Assembly: GCA_963815115.1 (NCBI GenBank)
Contig: CAWFFN010000005.1
Coordinates: forward strand, 1,568,001 to 1,632,000
DNA: 64,000 nucleotides
DNA from: an uncultured delta proteobacterium
Lineage (GTDB): Bacteria > Desulfobacterota > Binatia > DP-6
Reading direction: 5' to 3'
Part shown: in pieces, positions 11,201 to 19,510 of the stretch
Numbering within the stretch: the first letter of the stretch is position 1
How the letters are laid out: every line of letters starts with the position of its first letter
The notes under the pieces: model-generated
Database searches by the model: none
Told to the model about the DNA's origin: nothing
Seen by the model: the letters and a program-made list of their open reading frames with translations, nothing else
Program-made: the position numbers and the translations under genes

Positions 11201-11618
11201 AGAACGCGATCCCGTCCGCGCCAGTCCCGTCGTATTGCCATTGCTCGAACGTGGCGATGACGCCCGCGCTCGACGGGATCGGCCGGTTGTAGAGGATCGA
11301 GCCCGCCTCGTTGTTGGAGCGATCGGTGAATTGGAGATAGCCGGGTATCACGCCACGCGGCGGGACGTTGCCGCTCTGATTCGCGGGACACCGCGGGATG
11401 TTCGCCGCGCCCGGCGGAGGTGCGGCATTCGCGCCGGTCAGGCACGTCTGGCCCTGGACGCTGAAGTTGGGATCGGGAACCGTCCTGCCGCTGAAGGTCT
11501 CGTTGACCAGTGCGGTGCCCGTGCCGGTCTGCGCGTGAACGACGCCGCGCACTACGAAGACGAACATCGCCGCCAGCGCGATCCGGCCCGCCAGCACCGT
11601 CTTTCCAGCCCGCGTCAT
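5211..11618 (-). CDS. Giant secreted adhesin: L-type lectin-like domain, 2 DUF7507-like and 11 DUF11-like Ig repeats, Thr-rich linker, C-terminal domain
   Basis: Signal peptide from ATG 11618 (MTRAGKT...VVHA). Lectin motifs GADGIAFFL, GIGFDAFGNF, FGWSGSTGG. Repeats of the form ADLxxxK...TNxGP...TNTA. Confidence 0.88.
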   Translation of the reverse strand: MTRAGKTVLAGRIALAAMFVFVVRGVVHAQTGTGTALVNETFSGRTVPDPNFSVQGQTCLTGANAAPPPGAANIPRCPANQSGNVPPRGVIPGYLQFTDRSNNEAGSILYNRPIPSSAGVIATFEQWQYDGTGADGIAFFLVDGATTLTETGGLGGSLGYAQRFSEPGVKGAYLGIGFDAFGNFYNDGENRGNGCAMKPPFLPNQNTLVPDVITLRGPGNGLTGYCWLGSTTTMTTPPVSNLGGSLRAATLALGRRSVQLMVSPAPSPRVTVSIDFFDGRGPRTVLDIPAPPNPPATYKFGWSGSTGGSTDIHLIRNVVVKTVVALNQLNLVKQIDLTNPLPNPIVVGSVIPYQFTLTNTGLETLTGLALTDPKITGLTCPTDRIDPAPAPTSTVVCRGSHVITQADLDAGQLVNTAVGTAVAPGPNLITSNPSTVTLPLGTTPRVAIQKFVDTPGPYFVGKSVAYRYNVTNTGTVTLTNPTVADDKGFPVTCAPPTTLVPGGAFNSSTTCTGTYVIRLADINPTTGLLTNTAIATAQASTGGSVTSAPASQTIAVGVDIVVTKTVDIPTPLLGQIATFTITATNTGPGDASGLTLTDLVPAILFLSATPSPGTSYDATSGVWTIGNLPNGQSQTLQISVQAGLTPFTNTASVTTLAQPDIDPSSNSASATITPRSNADLDVDKTVDDPTPAVDQQVTFTVTLRNLGPSPALAAVVNDLLPAGLQFVSATPSQGTYDPATGLWTAGDLPVSPPANPATLSITALVTQTGSLTNTATATAQNDPAGDSASATVTASRVADLFIAKSSGLTSIAPGTNVTYTITVGNQGPTNVVGAAVNDLFPVPPLLGNPSWTCATTAANGTCDVASGTGNIATTVNLPVGGVVTFTVTGTLDPAAAAGTLTNTATVAPPAGTTDPIPGNNTSTDTVTIAPSADVILTKSLTVPPSPMTAAPGQDVMFALLVTNQGPSTASNVVVTDPPVTGLDFVSTDVCGPTLPCALGDLAPNASRTINITFHIPSNYTGPNIIVNTATATSPTPDPVPGNNSGQASVSLGAPIADLSVTKDNGTTTVVAGEQTTYTITVTNNGPSDVTGVTVTDNPPGALTGVTWTCTGNGTATCSQPNGTGAIATMVSLPNGQSVTFTLKGTVDPAATGQLVNHVTAQNPPTVVDPTPSEATDTDTITPMADLSIRKTGPPVIVPGNDLVYTLEVTNLGPSTAAAVGVTDTISNGVTFVSVSGACSTLPCIIGDIPPDRVPRTITVTFAVPLSYVTPDPIVDTAVVTSATPDPDPSNNTSTAETPLDTAADIAVTKTVSPATATVGDTVTFTVTATNNGPNQATGVVITDVLPAGLNLVSFSPSQGTYIASQGTWTVGTLANGASTQLALVAQVAQSGAITNVATKTAGNEPDPNTSNDSGTATLNPTTPPADVGLLKTVDNPSPAVNSIVTFTVTATNFGPGNATGVVVTDLLPAGLAFQSATPSQGTYDPATGEWAADAIAAGASATLTIAAQVNASGPLFNNARKTAQTEPDPNPANDAARAVVNGAGTASVSVAKSVSNSMPAVGESVTFVVTLNNLGPDTATDIVVNDVLPPAFTLTSSVPPPPAFTPDPDAGTGVWTVPSLAPSQSAVLILTGTINQPGHFVNTATKTSQQPADPDPDPAHNTASASGDAGLVADLSITKTDGLETAFAGQVVTYTITVANAGPSPVIGAPVHDTFPIELTAVTWTCVASPGAVCRSTQGSGTIDALVDLSAGGSAVFSASGTLSPDVAASVANTATVCPPPSDLVPPPPPTCPGTCAPSLVVDPNCANNTATDTTNVTLQANLEIQKTGPASAASGTTVTYTLVAGNLGPSTATDVVVTDPTPAGLASPVVSDPCAGGFPCNLGSLRPGAQVTVTVTYTVVAGGGTVTNTATISSPIPDPNPDQNTSSVTTDVTPAPTTTTVATTTTVASTTSTPVTTTTTTTGGNEICDNCVDDDGDGLVDHADPDCCTETGTFDVTSVRITPRHGNAHDARLRVIGTLGGAGFSSADPRQQDVSLLFADGSDTAVCCTIAQNHWQRLFKKTFGFWDKLGRICPPIIDTRLSQRRTGAGITISSPHFDATQLMGNSLALTVRVGGSCASSTVQLRRVGHRIVFP

Positions 11619-11754
11619 GCCCCTCGCGCGAGGTCGGCCCAACCGCGTCCCCACGCCATGGCGAGGTAACACAATCGGCATGGTGGGAACCAGTGCGTGC
11701 CTTGCGGGGTGCGCCTTGACCACTGGAGTTTCATTCAGGTAGCGCTCATCATGG

Positions 11755-13959
11755 ATGGTGATGCCACTGCGACGGAGCCAGACATCGGCAACCGTCGCAG
11801 GCCCCGGAAGGCACCCATTCGTCGCAGCGTGGACTCTCGCCGCGGTCATGCTCGGATGGGGAGTCGCCGGCGCCCAGGTCGTGACCCCGACGTCTCTCGC
11901 GATCGGGTCGGACAGTCCGGTGTGCTCGGCGTCCACCGCGGTCGAGCACGTCTGCGTGCAGCTTCCGCCCGCCGCGACGGCTACCAAGATCGACTTCTTC
12001 GGGCTGTTCGACGACACGAGCAGCTTCGAGGCCATCATCCCGACGCTCGCCGACGTGTTCACCGTGTTCGTCGGGGAGCTGGAAGCGGCTCTTCCCGGCG
12101 TCGAATTCGGATTCGGAGTCGGACGCTTCGAGGATTACGGCGGCCCCGGGTTCTCGTTCGGCTCCGAGAGCATGAACGGGCGGCCGTTCATCCTCGACCA
12201 GCCGATCGTGACCTCGGCCGATGCCGGCGGAGCGGACGCGCGCAACAAGCTCATCACCGACGCACTGTCGCGCTCGGCGCCGGGCAACGGCGGGGACGGC
12301 CCAGAAGCGGCGCTCGAAGGGCTGTACCAGGTCGCCACGGGCGCCGGGTTCGACGGCGACGGCGACGGGTCCACCACCGGGCAGGGTGGCGTCCAGGCCG
12401 CCGGCTCGCTCGCCACGCAGGTCATGCCGGACGTCAGCGGTGACGTCCCCGCATTCTCCTCGCTCGCCCCCGGGGTGATCCATTCCGGCTCCATCGGTGG
12501 CGCCGGGTTCCGCAGCGATGCCATCCATCTGGTGGTCGTCGCCACCGACCAGTGCGCGATAGCTGCCTTCGATCCGGCTGTCGCGATCCCCGGCGAGCTC
12601 CAGGCCAGCGGCGTGACGGTTCCGATCACGGAGTTCGCCTGCTCGAGCACCCACCCGGGAGACAATCGCTTCGGGTTCACCTCCGACGCGAAGAGCAAGG
12701 GCAACAACGACCAGACCGTGGCGCCGGCCGGGGCGGCGCACGTGCCCGCCGTGGTCGAGGCGCTGAACGCCGCAGCCATCGGCGTGATCGGCGTCTTCCC
12801 CAAGGTCATGGGCTCCGGTGGAGCGCCACCGCCGGGTACCCCGCTGGGCCCCACCTTCAGCGCGGACGCGTTTCTCACCGCCCTGGCCCGACTCACGGGA
12901 ACGGTCGACTCGACGGGCGCACCTCTGGTGTTCGATGTCGAGGAGGTCGGGCCGGTCCTGCGGGCGGCCGTGATCGACGCCATCGCGACGGCGGCGATGC
13001 GTCCGATCGACGTGCGTCTCGCGACGGCCGGGATGCTTCCCGGCGGCGTACAGCTCGGCCCGGCGACGGACGTCGTCGGCGTGCGGCCGGGAGAGCAAGC
13101 CTGCTTCGACGTCACGCTGACCGGCAGCGGACAGCCGCAGGGTTCCTTCACCCTCGAGTTCCGGGAGCCCGCAAGCGCCCGCACGCTGGGGTCGATCCCG
13201 GTCACGGTCGCCTGTACCGCCCGGTGTGGAGACGGTGCGGTCGACTCCGCACTCGGGGAGCAGTGTGATGCGGGTGCGGCGAACGGGATGCCCGGCTCCT
13301 GCTGCGACGCCACCTGCCGGGTGGCGGCCGCCGGAACCGTGTGCCGGGAGGCCTCCGACGCGTGCCAGGGCGCCGGCGTGTGCGACGGTGCCAGTGCCGC
13401 TTGTCCGCAGAGCGGACCGCTGAGCGACGGCGCGCTGTGCGACGACGGCGACACCGCGACCGGGACGTCGGCGTGCGTGGGCAGTGTCTGCCGCGGAGTC
13501 GAGATCGGCGTGGATGTCGCGGCGGAGATCCCGGCGTCCCGGAGTCCCGTCCGTATCCCGGTCGTCCTCGACCTCGGGGACGGTCTCGCGCAATCGACCG
13601 CCGTCCAGCTCCAGGCGTTCGTGTCCTGCGACGACGTGCCGGCGCTGGGCGCCTGCACCACCAAGGCGTGCCGGCAGCTCCAGCAGCAGCTCGCCACGCT
13701 GTGCCCCGCAGCGTCGAGCGCCGCGGTTCTCAGGCGCCACTCCCGCCCGCCGGCGGGCCTGGTGCCGGTGACGGGAACCGCGTCGCGGAAGTTCAAGCGC
13801 TCGCGCCGTGGCCAGGGCACGCTGCAGTTGAAGCTCAACAAGACCGGCCGGACCCTCCTGTCGCGCAGCGCCACGCTGCCCGTCCACGTGCGGGCCACGC
13901 TCCAGGAGCGCAAGGGCGAGACGCTGCGCGCGGATTTCGAGACGCTCCTGCGGCGCTGA
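11755..13959 (+). CDS. Secreted vWA (integrin-beta-like) protein with disintegrin-like Cys domain
   Basis: Signal peptide; DDTSS MIDAS-like motif, FGVGRFEDY, GDGPEAALEGLYQ, VVVATD; CGDG...GEQCD...CCDATC...GTVCR...CDGASAACP. Confidence 0.8.
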   Translation: MVMPLRRSQTSATVAGPGRHPFVAAWTLAAVMLGWGVAGAQVVTPTSLAIGSDSPVCSASTAVEHVCVQLPPAATATKIDFFGLFDDTSSFEAIIPTLADVFTVFVGELEAALPGVEFGFGVGRFEDYGGPGFSFGSESMNGRPFILDQPIVTSADAGGADARNKLITDALSRSAPGNGGDGPEAALEGLYQVATGAGFDGDGDGSTTGQGGVQAAGSLATQVMPDVSGDVPAFSSLAPGVIHSGSIGGAGFRSDAIHLVVVATDQCAIAAFDPAVAIPGELQASGVTVPITEFACSSTHPGDNRFGFTSDAKSKGNNDQTVAPAGAAHVPAVVEALNAAAIGVIGVFPKVMGSGGAPPPGTPLGPTFSADAFLTALARLTGTVDSTGAPLVFDVEEVGPVLRAAVIDAIATAAMRPIDVRLATAGMLPGGVQLGPATDVVGVRPGEQACFDVTLTGSGQPQGSFTLEFREPASARTLGSIPVTVACTARCGDGAVDSALGEQCDAGAANGMPGSCCDATCRVAAAGTVCREASDACQGAGVCDGASAACPQSGPLSDGALCDDGDTATGTSACVGSVCRGVEIGVDVAAEIPASRSPVRIPVVLDLGDGLAQSTAVQLQAFVSCDDVPALGACTTKACRQLQQQLATLCPAASSAAVLRRHSRPPAGLVPVTGTASRKFKRSRRGQGTLQLKLNKTGRTLLSRSATLPVHVRATLQERKGETLRADFETLLRR

Positions 13960-13967
13960 GCGAACGC

Positions 13968-14618
13968 TCATGGCGGCTCGGGCGCGTGGAGGCTGCCCTC
14001 GGTGCTGGGCCGCGAGGCCATGCGCGATCTCCAGCGCGCGAGGCTGGCGAGCCCGTCCTCCGGCCGCTGGCCGACCACCGCGGCGAAATCGAGCCCGACC
14101 AGGAGCAGGATGTCGGCCAGGGTGAAGCGATCGCCGGCGACGAACGGCCGGTCGCCCATCAGTCCATCGAGCCACACGAGCTTGTCGCGCGCCGTCGCCT
14201 TCAGGCCGTCGGCGGCCTCCGCGATGACCCGGCCGCGCTTCTCCCAGAACGGTCGGCCCTCGGAGAAACGCCAGCCGTTGAAGATGTTCTCGGTGATGCC
14301 CAGCTCGATGCGACGCTGCCACATGCGCGTCTCTGCTTTCTCCGCGGGCGTGCTGCCGATCAGCGCCGGCTCCGGATGCAGGTCTTCCAGCAGCTCGCAG
14401 ATGGCGACGCTCTCGGCGATCGTGCGGCCGTCGTCGAGCTCGAGTGCAGGCAGCTGGCCGGCGGGGTTCTTCGCCATGAAAGCGGCCGCACGATTCTCGC
14501 CGCTGATCAGGTCGAGATCGACCGCCGGGATGCGCAGTCCCTTCTCGTGCAGGAACATCCGCACCTCCCGCCCGGCGCCGACGAGCGGATGCGGCTTGAG
14601 CGAGTGGTAGAGCTTCAT
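13968..14618 (-). CDS. Glutathione S-transferase family protein
   Basis: NPAGQLPALELDDG, ESVAICELLE, GDRFTLADI; ATG 14618 preceded by GGAGG. Confidence 0.9.
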   Translation of the reverse strand: MKLYHSLKPHPLVGAGREVRMFLHEKGLRIPAVDLDLISGENRAAAFMAKNPAGQLPALELDDGRTIAESVAICELLEDLHPEPALIGSTPAEKAETRMWQRRIELGITENIFNGWRFSEGRPFWEKRGRVIAEAADGLKATARDKLVWLDGLMGDRPFVAGDRFTLADILLLVGLDFAAVVGQRPEDGLASLARWRSRMASRPSTEGSLHAPEPP

Positions 14619-14766
14619 GTCCGCCTCCGTTGCACGTCGGTAGGTCGCGACGAGGGGCTGCGTCAACGAGCCACTTGCTGCCGATTCGAGGGGACCATTG
14701 TCGGCCACGTCGAGGCGCTCGGACGCAAGCCGTGAGCGACCTCGAGCGTACGGCTTCGGGACAGGA

Positions 14767-15873
14767 CTAGGACGCCGCCGCCGTGTCGGCGAACGGACCG
14801 AGGCGCCGCCGCTCGAGCTCCTGCGTCATGAGCTCGCGGAAACGCCCGTTGCGGACGAGCAGCAGGACGACGGTGCCGAAGTAGCCATAGGGCAGCTTCG
14901 GGCTCTCCTGCCAGTAGCGGAGCTGCTGGTAGGGGCGGGACGACCAGGCGTGATGATCGGCGTGCCGCGACAGGCCGACCAGCGTGTAGAGCGTGAAGCG
15001 CGAATCGGTGTCCCACGAATCGACGGGCGTCACGCGGCGGCCGCGCCGCGCGAGGCCCCAGTGCTCGAAGTAGTTGACCGCCTCGAGCAGTCGCACGGCG
15101 GTGGCGGCTTGCAGGAGATAGGCGGCGAACGCACCGGCGCCCAGCCCGAGCAGGATCGCCAGGGTCACAGCCCACTCGACGATCACGCCGTGCAGCACGC
15201 GATGGCGGAGCATGCGGACATCGGTGAGACGCATGCGCTCGTCGCCGAGCCGTTTGCTCTCGAGCCGCCAGGCGCTGCGGAACTGCGCGGGGACGGTGCG
15301 GTTGAAGAAGCCGAAGTAGGTCTCGCCGAAGCGTGCCGTCGCGGGATCGTCGGGCAAGCCGACGCGCAGATGGTGGCCGCGGATGTGCTCGGTGGCGAAG
15401 TGCTCGTAGAGGACGCTCCCCATGAGCAGGCGGCCGAGGAAATGGAGCCGTGCCTGGGGCCGGTGCAGCAGCTCGTGCGCGACGACGATGCCCGAGTAGC
15501 CCGAGTTCACGCCGACCAGCGTGAGGGCCACGAGGGTGTCGAGCGTCCAGAAGCCATGCGTCGCAACACGAACCACGAGGAGCGCGACGATCACGAGGTG
15601 GAGCGCGCCGAGCACGTAGAGCACGGAGTCGAACGGCCAGCCCGGCAGCGTCGCCGCAGGCTGACGGCGCTCGTCGGGTCCCCACATGTCGACCCACACC
15701 GATCCCGCCAGCACCGACAACCACGCCAGCGCATGCCAGCCGGCCCAGGGTCCCGTCAGCAGATAGGCGAGGCACGCGATGGGCAGCGCGAAGGCAAGGA
15801 GATGGGCAGCCCACGCGCGCACGGGGTGGCGTATGGAGAGGGCCGGCTTGGCCGCTGACGTTGCGGTACCCAT
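14767..15873 (-). CDS. alkB: AlkB-like membrane di-iron alkane monooxygenase / desaturase superfamily
   Basis: His boxes HELLH, EHIRGHH, NYFEHWG, LSRHADHH; multiple TM segments. Confidence 0.8.
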   Translation of the reverse strand: MGTATSAAKPALSIRHPVRAWAAHLLAFALPIACLAYLLTGPWAGWHALAWLSVLAGSVWVDMWGPDERRQPAATLPGWPFDSVLYVLGALHLVIVALLVVRVATHGFWTLDTLVALTLVGVNSGYSGIVVAHELLHRPQARLHFLGRLLMGSVLYEHFATEHIRGHHLRVGLPDDPATARFGETYFGFFNRTVPAQFRSAWRLESKRLGDERMRLTDVRMLRHRVLHGVIVEWAVTLAILLGLGAGAFAAYLLQAATAVRLLEAVNYFEHWGLARRGRRVTPVDSWDTDSRFTLYTLVGLSRHADHHAWSSRPYQQLRYWQESPKLPYGYFGTVVLLLVRNGRFRELMTQELERRRLGPFADTAAAS

Positions 15874-15888
15874 TCAGAGGGTCATGAG

Positions 15889-15912
15889 CCCACATACGGG
15901 TTGGTATGTGGG
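15889..15912. promoter_or_regulatory. Putative TetR operator
   Basis: Perfect inverted repeat CCCACATAC-N6-GTATGTGGG in the short gap between divergent alkB and tetR. Confidence 0.75.
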
Positions 15913-15938
15913 TTATGCTCGTTTACATAGGAGATGGA

Positions 15939-16559
15939 ATGGCGTCAAGTGCGCGGGCTCAGGCAAAGCGCGAGACCCGGGAGGCGCTGATCCAGGCCGG
16001 CCTCGAAGCGTTCGCGGCCGAAGGGCTCGACGCGCCCAGCCTGGATGCCATCTGCGCCCGCGCCGGCTTCACCCGCGGTGCCTTCTACGTCCACTTCAAG
16101 GACCGCGACGACTTTCTGGTCGCGGTGATGGAGGACGTGCTGGGGCGGTTTCTCGATGCGGTCATCGCGACCGGCCACGAAGCGCACGACCTGGGGCACA
16201 CGCTCGATCGGTTCACCGGCGCCCTGGATCTCGTCCAGCGCCCGTCGGGGACGCGGAGCTGGAGCGCGAGCCCGCTGCTCGGCCCGTTGCAGATATCCCG
16301 GCTGATCGAGGCAGCGGCGCGTTCGCCGGCGATCCGCGCGCGGCTGGTCGACATCGTCGGGGAAGCCGTCGCTCGCGTCGCGCAGGCGACACGCAGCGGG
16401 CAGGCCGGAGGCACGGTGCGGCGCGACGTCGCTCCCGAGGTGGGTGCGCAGCTCCTGGTGATCTCGGCGCTCGGGCTCCTGGGTGCGGTCGAGCTCGGCG
16501 TCCCGCTCGACTTGCCCGCGATGCGCGCCGCCGTGGCTCGGTTCCTCGGACGCGCCTGA
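15939..16559 (+). CDS. TetR/AcrR family regulator
   Basis: HTH SLDAICARAGFTRGAFYVHF; AGGAG upstream of ATG 15939. Confidence 0.92.
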   Translation: MASSARAQAKRETREALIQAGLEAFAAEGLDAPSLDAICARAGFTRGAFYVHFKDRDDFLVAVMEDVLGRFLDAVIATGHEAHDLGHTLDRFTGALDLVQRPSGTRSWSASPLLGPLQISRLIEAAARSPAIRARLVDIVGEAVARVAQATRSGQAGGTVRRDVAPEVGAQLLVISALGLLGAVELGVPLDLPAMRAAVARFLGRA

Positions 16560-16595
16560 CGCCGCTTCCCTCGATGCCAGGTTGCTCGGGCGAGT

Positions 16596-18181
16596 CTAGC
16601 GTACGGTGAAGATCCCCGGCAGGGATTCGGCACCCGGCCCCGGCAGGCCGGCGGCGGCGTCCAGCAGGGGGTGCCGGTGCTCGCGTGGCAGTACGTCGAC
16701 ACCAGCGTCACGCTCGCCCCGACCCCGGGATCGAGCAGCCCGGCGGGAGACCCGATGAGCGTGATCTCGCGACAGCTCGGCTTGCCGAAGCACCCCGCCT
16801 GAAACTGACCCGGACAGAAGAGTCCGGTTGGACTGATCTTCTGGGCGGTCCCGGTGGTGAGTGGCGAAAGATCGAGGGCAGTTGGACCGACGCGATTGCC
16901 GTCGACACAGCCGTCGCCCGGCCCGCAGGGAAGACCCGGGCCGACACCCCCGGTGGGACAGTCGCGCGTCAGCCCGTGCGAGTTCGTCGAGGCACACGCA
17001 CTGCCCGCTCGCGGGCCCCGGTCGCAGGTCCCCGTTCCCGGGCTCCCTGGCGAGCCCGTCGCCGAACAGCGCGGGCAGGGCTGGAATACGTTGCCGGTGA
17101 CATACACGTCCGAGGTGAGCCCGACGGACATCGTCGAGCTGCCGGTGGTGAGATCCAGCGTCCCACTCGCCGGGGCGCTCCAGGATCTCATCGTGCAGGT
17201 CGAGAGGTACACGATGGTCGGATTCGGGGTGGGTACGGGCGTCCCGAAGGCGCAGCCGGTGTCGGTGCAGTCCGGGTCGGCGCTGTCGGGAGCGGGAGGC
17301 GTGGACGTTGCGCCGGCCGTGCAGCTCGCACCGGCGCAGTCGAGCGTGAAGCGGCTGGTCGACCCGTCGGGCAAGGAGGTCTCGGGCTGAACAGAGTTGC
17401 CGTCGCCGAGGTCGCTGCTGCCACAGACGAGGCTCGCGACCAGCGTTGCCGAGCCGTCGCGCGTGGTGCCGCAGAAGCCGCCACCGGCAGCGAGCGTGAA
17501 GTCGAGGATCGTCACGGGGCGCAGGGCGCCATTGACATCCCGGGCGAAGTCATCGGCCAGCGTCTCGAGCGCGCCGGCGTCAGCGAAGGTCTGGCAGGGC
17601 GAGGCGCCGGTGAGCGGAAACTTTGCCTCCAGCTTGGCGAAGCAGCCCCGTGTGGGTGTGCTTCCTCCGTCGAATTTGTCCTGTGCCTTCTGGAGACAGA
17701 CCGGATCGGCAGCGACGTCCCGCGCGGCGGCCTTCTGATAGCACGCCAGCAGCTCCTTCACCTTGGTTGCCGCGCACTTCTTCTTGCCCGCGCCGCATCG
17801 ATCGAGCACGGGCGTGGGGAACTGCGGGTCGACGGCGGCGACGACGCTGGCGACGAAGTCGTCGACCGTGGTTGCCAGCATGCTCGCGTCACCCGTCGTG
17901 GCGCACGGCGGTCGCGCTTCGGCCTTCTCCATGCACCCCTTCGCGGTGAGGGGGTCGGAGAACTTGGCCTCCGCCCGGGCGACGCACGACGGGTCGACCG
18001 CCGTGCCGCGGGCCTCGGCTTTGGCGTGGCAGAGGAGAAGGTCCGCTTCCCTGCTGGTGGCGCACCTGATCTTCGCGGCGGAGCACCTCGCCGTGACGGG
18101 CTCTGCTCGCGCGTCACGCGCGCCCGTCGAGAACACTGCCGCCGAGACCGCGAACGCTACGAGCATCGCCCAGCGCTGCAT
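16596..18181 (-). pseudogene. Secreted Cys-rich protein with one frameshift near the C-terminus (or an assembly error)
   Basis: Signal peptide and two helical Cys repeats. The natural ending PLLDAAAGLPGPGAESLPGIFTVR* (stop at 16596) lies in another frame after the G5 run at 16667-16671. Confidence 0.7.
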
Positions 18182-18368
18182 GTCCAGGTCCCCCCCGGCT
18201 GTACAGATGTTGCTTCCGCGAGTTGGCTGCTCGATAGACCAGCCCCGGGCAAGACGTCAAGGTGCTTTCGCTTCACTCCAGCAAGTGCATGCGTAGCATC
18301 CAGCGTCGTAGGGGCCGGGTTGGCGCGGCACTTGCGTCGCTGTCCGCGTTCCGTCTAACCCGGTCCTC

Positions 18369-19154
18369 GTGACCGCGGCGGAACGACGGACGGTTGCAGT
18401 GAGCGGCGCTGCCTCGGGCATCGGCCGCGCGCTGCGCGAGCGGCTCGAAGGCAATGGGCAGCGCGTGATCGGCGTGGACGTGCACGACGCCGAGGTCACG
18501 GTCGATCTCTCTTCGGAGGCCGGACGTGCAGCGGCCGTCCGCGGCGTGCTGGACGCCTGTGCCGGCAGCCTCGACGGGGTGGTGGCGTGCGCCGGCCTCG
18601 GCCCGCAGCACGACGATCCCGCGGCCATCGTGTCGGTCAACTACTTCGGCGCGATCGCGCTCCTCGACGGCCTCCGCGACGCGCTCGCCGCGGGGCGCGC
18701 TCCCGCGGCCGTCGCGGTGTCGTCGAACTCGGCCACGATCAGTCCCGGCGCCGATGGTTCGCTCGCCGGTGCCTGTCGCGAGGGCGACGAGGTGGCTGCG
18801 CGTCGCGAGGCGGCGGCTCGCGACGGACTGTCCGCCTACGCCGGCGCCAAGCTCGCCCTGGCCCGCTGGGTGCGGCGGACGGCCACGCAGGGCCTCTGGG
18901 CGGGACGCGGCATCCGGTTGAACGCCGTCGCGCCGGGCGCGACGTTGACCCCGCTGCTTCAGGGCGGCCTCGACCACCCCACCCTGGGTGCGGCGATTCG
19001 TGGCTTCCCGATCCCGCTCGGCGGCTTCGGCGACCCCGGCCGCGTGGCAGCGGCAATCGCGTTCCTGCTCGGGCCCGACGCCGCCTTCTGCTGCGGTACG
19101 GTGCTGTTCGTCGACGGTGGCTCGGACGCGCTCCTGCGGCCGGACGCCCTGTAG
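18369..19154 (+). CDS. SDR oxidoreductase (3-alpha-HSD-like)
   Basis: SGAASGIG, VNYFG, SSNS, YAGAK, VDGG motifs. Confidence 0.9.
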   Translation: MTAAERRTVAVSGAASGIGRALRERLEGNGQRVIGVDVHDAEVTVDLSSEAGRAAAVRGVLDACAGSLDGVVACAGLGPQHDDPAAIVSVNYFGAIALLDGLRDALAAGRAPAAVAVSSNSATISPGADGSLAGACREGDEVAARREAAARDGLSAYAGAKLALARWVRRTATQGLWAGRGIRLNAVAPGATLTPLLQGGLDHPTLGAAIRGFPIPLGGFGDPGRVAAAIAFLLGPDAAFCCGTVLFVDGGSDALLRPDAL

Positions 19155-19510
19155 CGTCGAATCGCCGAGTGCGGCCGGCCGATTGCCCCCGGGTCGGCGC
19201 GGGCGGGGTCACGAGATCCCTGATCACCACGGGTAGGGCTCAGCGCGACGGACGGACCATCGGGAACATCGGCGCCGCGTCGTGCCGATCAGGCGTGCGG
19301 CTCGATGCCCGACGCAAGGTGACCGTCGTGGAGCCCAGACGGCGAGGCCGGCAGGTACGAGCGACGCGACAAGGGCCTCGTACTCGGCCGCGTCCTGCGA
19401 AGCGACCCGATCGCGGCATCCCGCTACCGCCCGACCGTCTCGCACGCATCCGCTCGAGCCGCGCTTGCCTAGCCAGCTCGGACGCGCGTTCCGTGGTGAG
19501 AGGGAGCGTC

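Noticed and set aside
5211-11618. Diversity-generating retroelement acting on the adhesin or the lipoprotein pair
   Set aside because: No reverse transcriptase and no repeat pair differing only at adenines.
11619-12062. N-terminal extension of the 2283-aa ORF
   Set aside because: Antisense to the vWA gene; the signal peptide begins at ATG 11618.
16085-16595. C-terminal extension of the 698-aa ORF across tetR
   Set aside because: Artefact of the frameshift at 16667-16671.
19155-19510. 356-nt gap as an ncRNA or gene remnant
   Set aside because: No recognisable structure or confident protein similarity.
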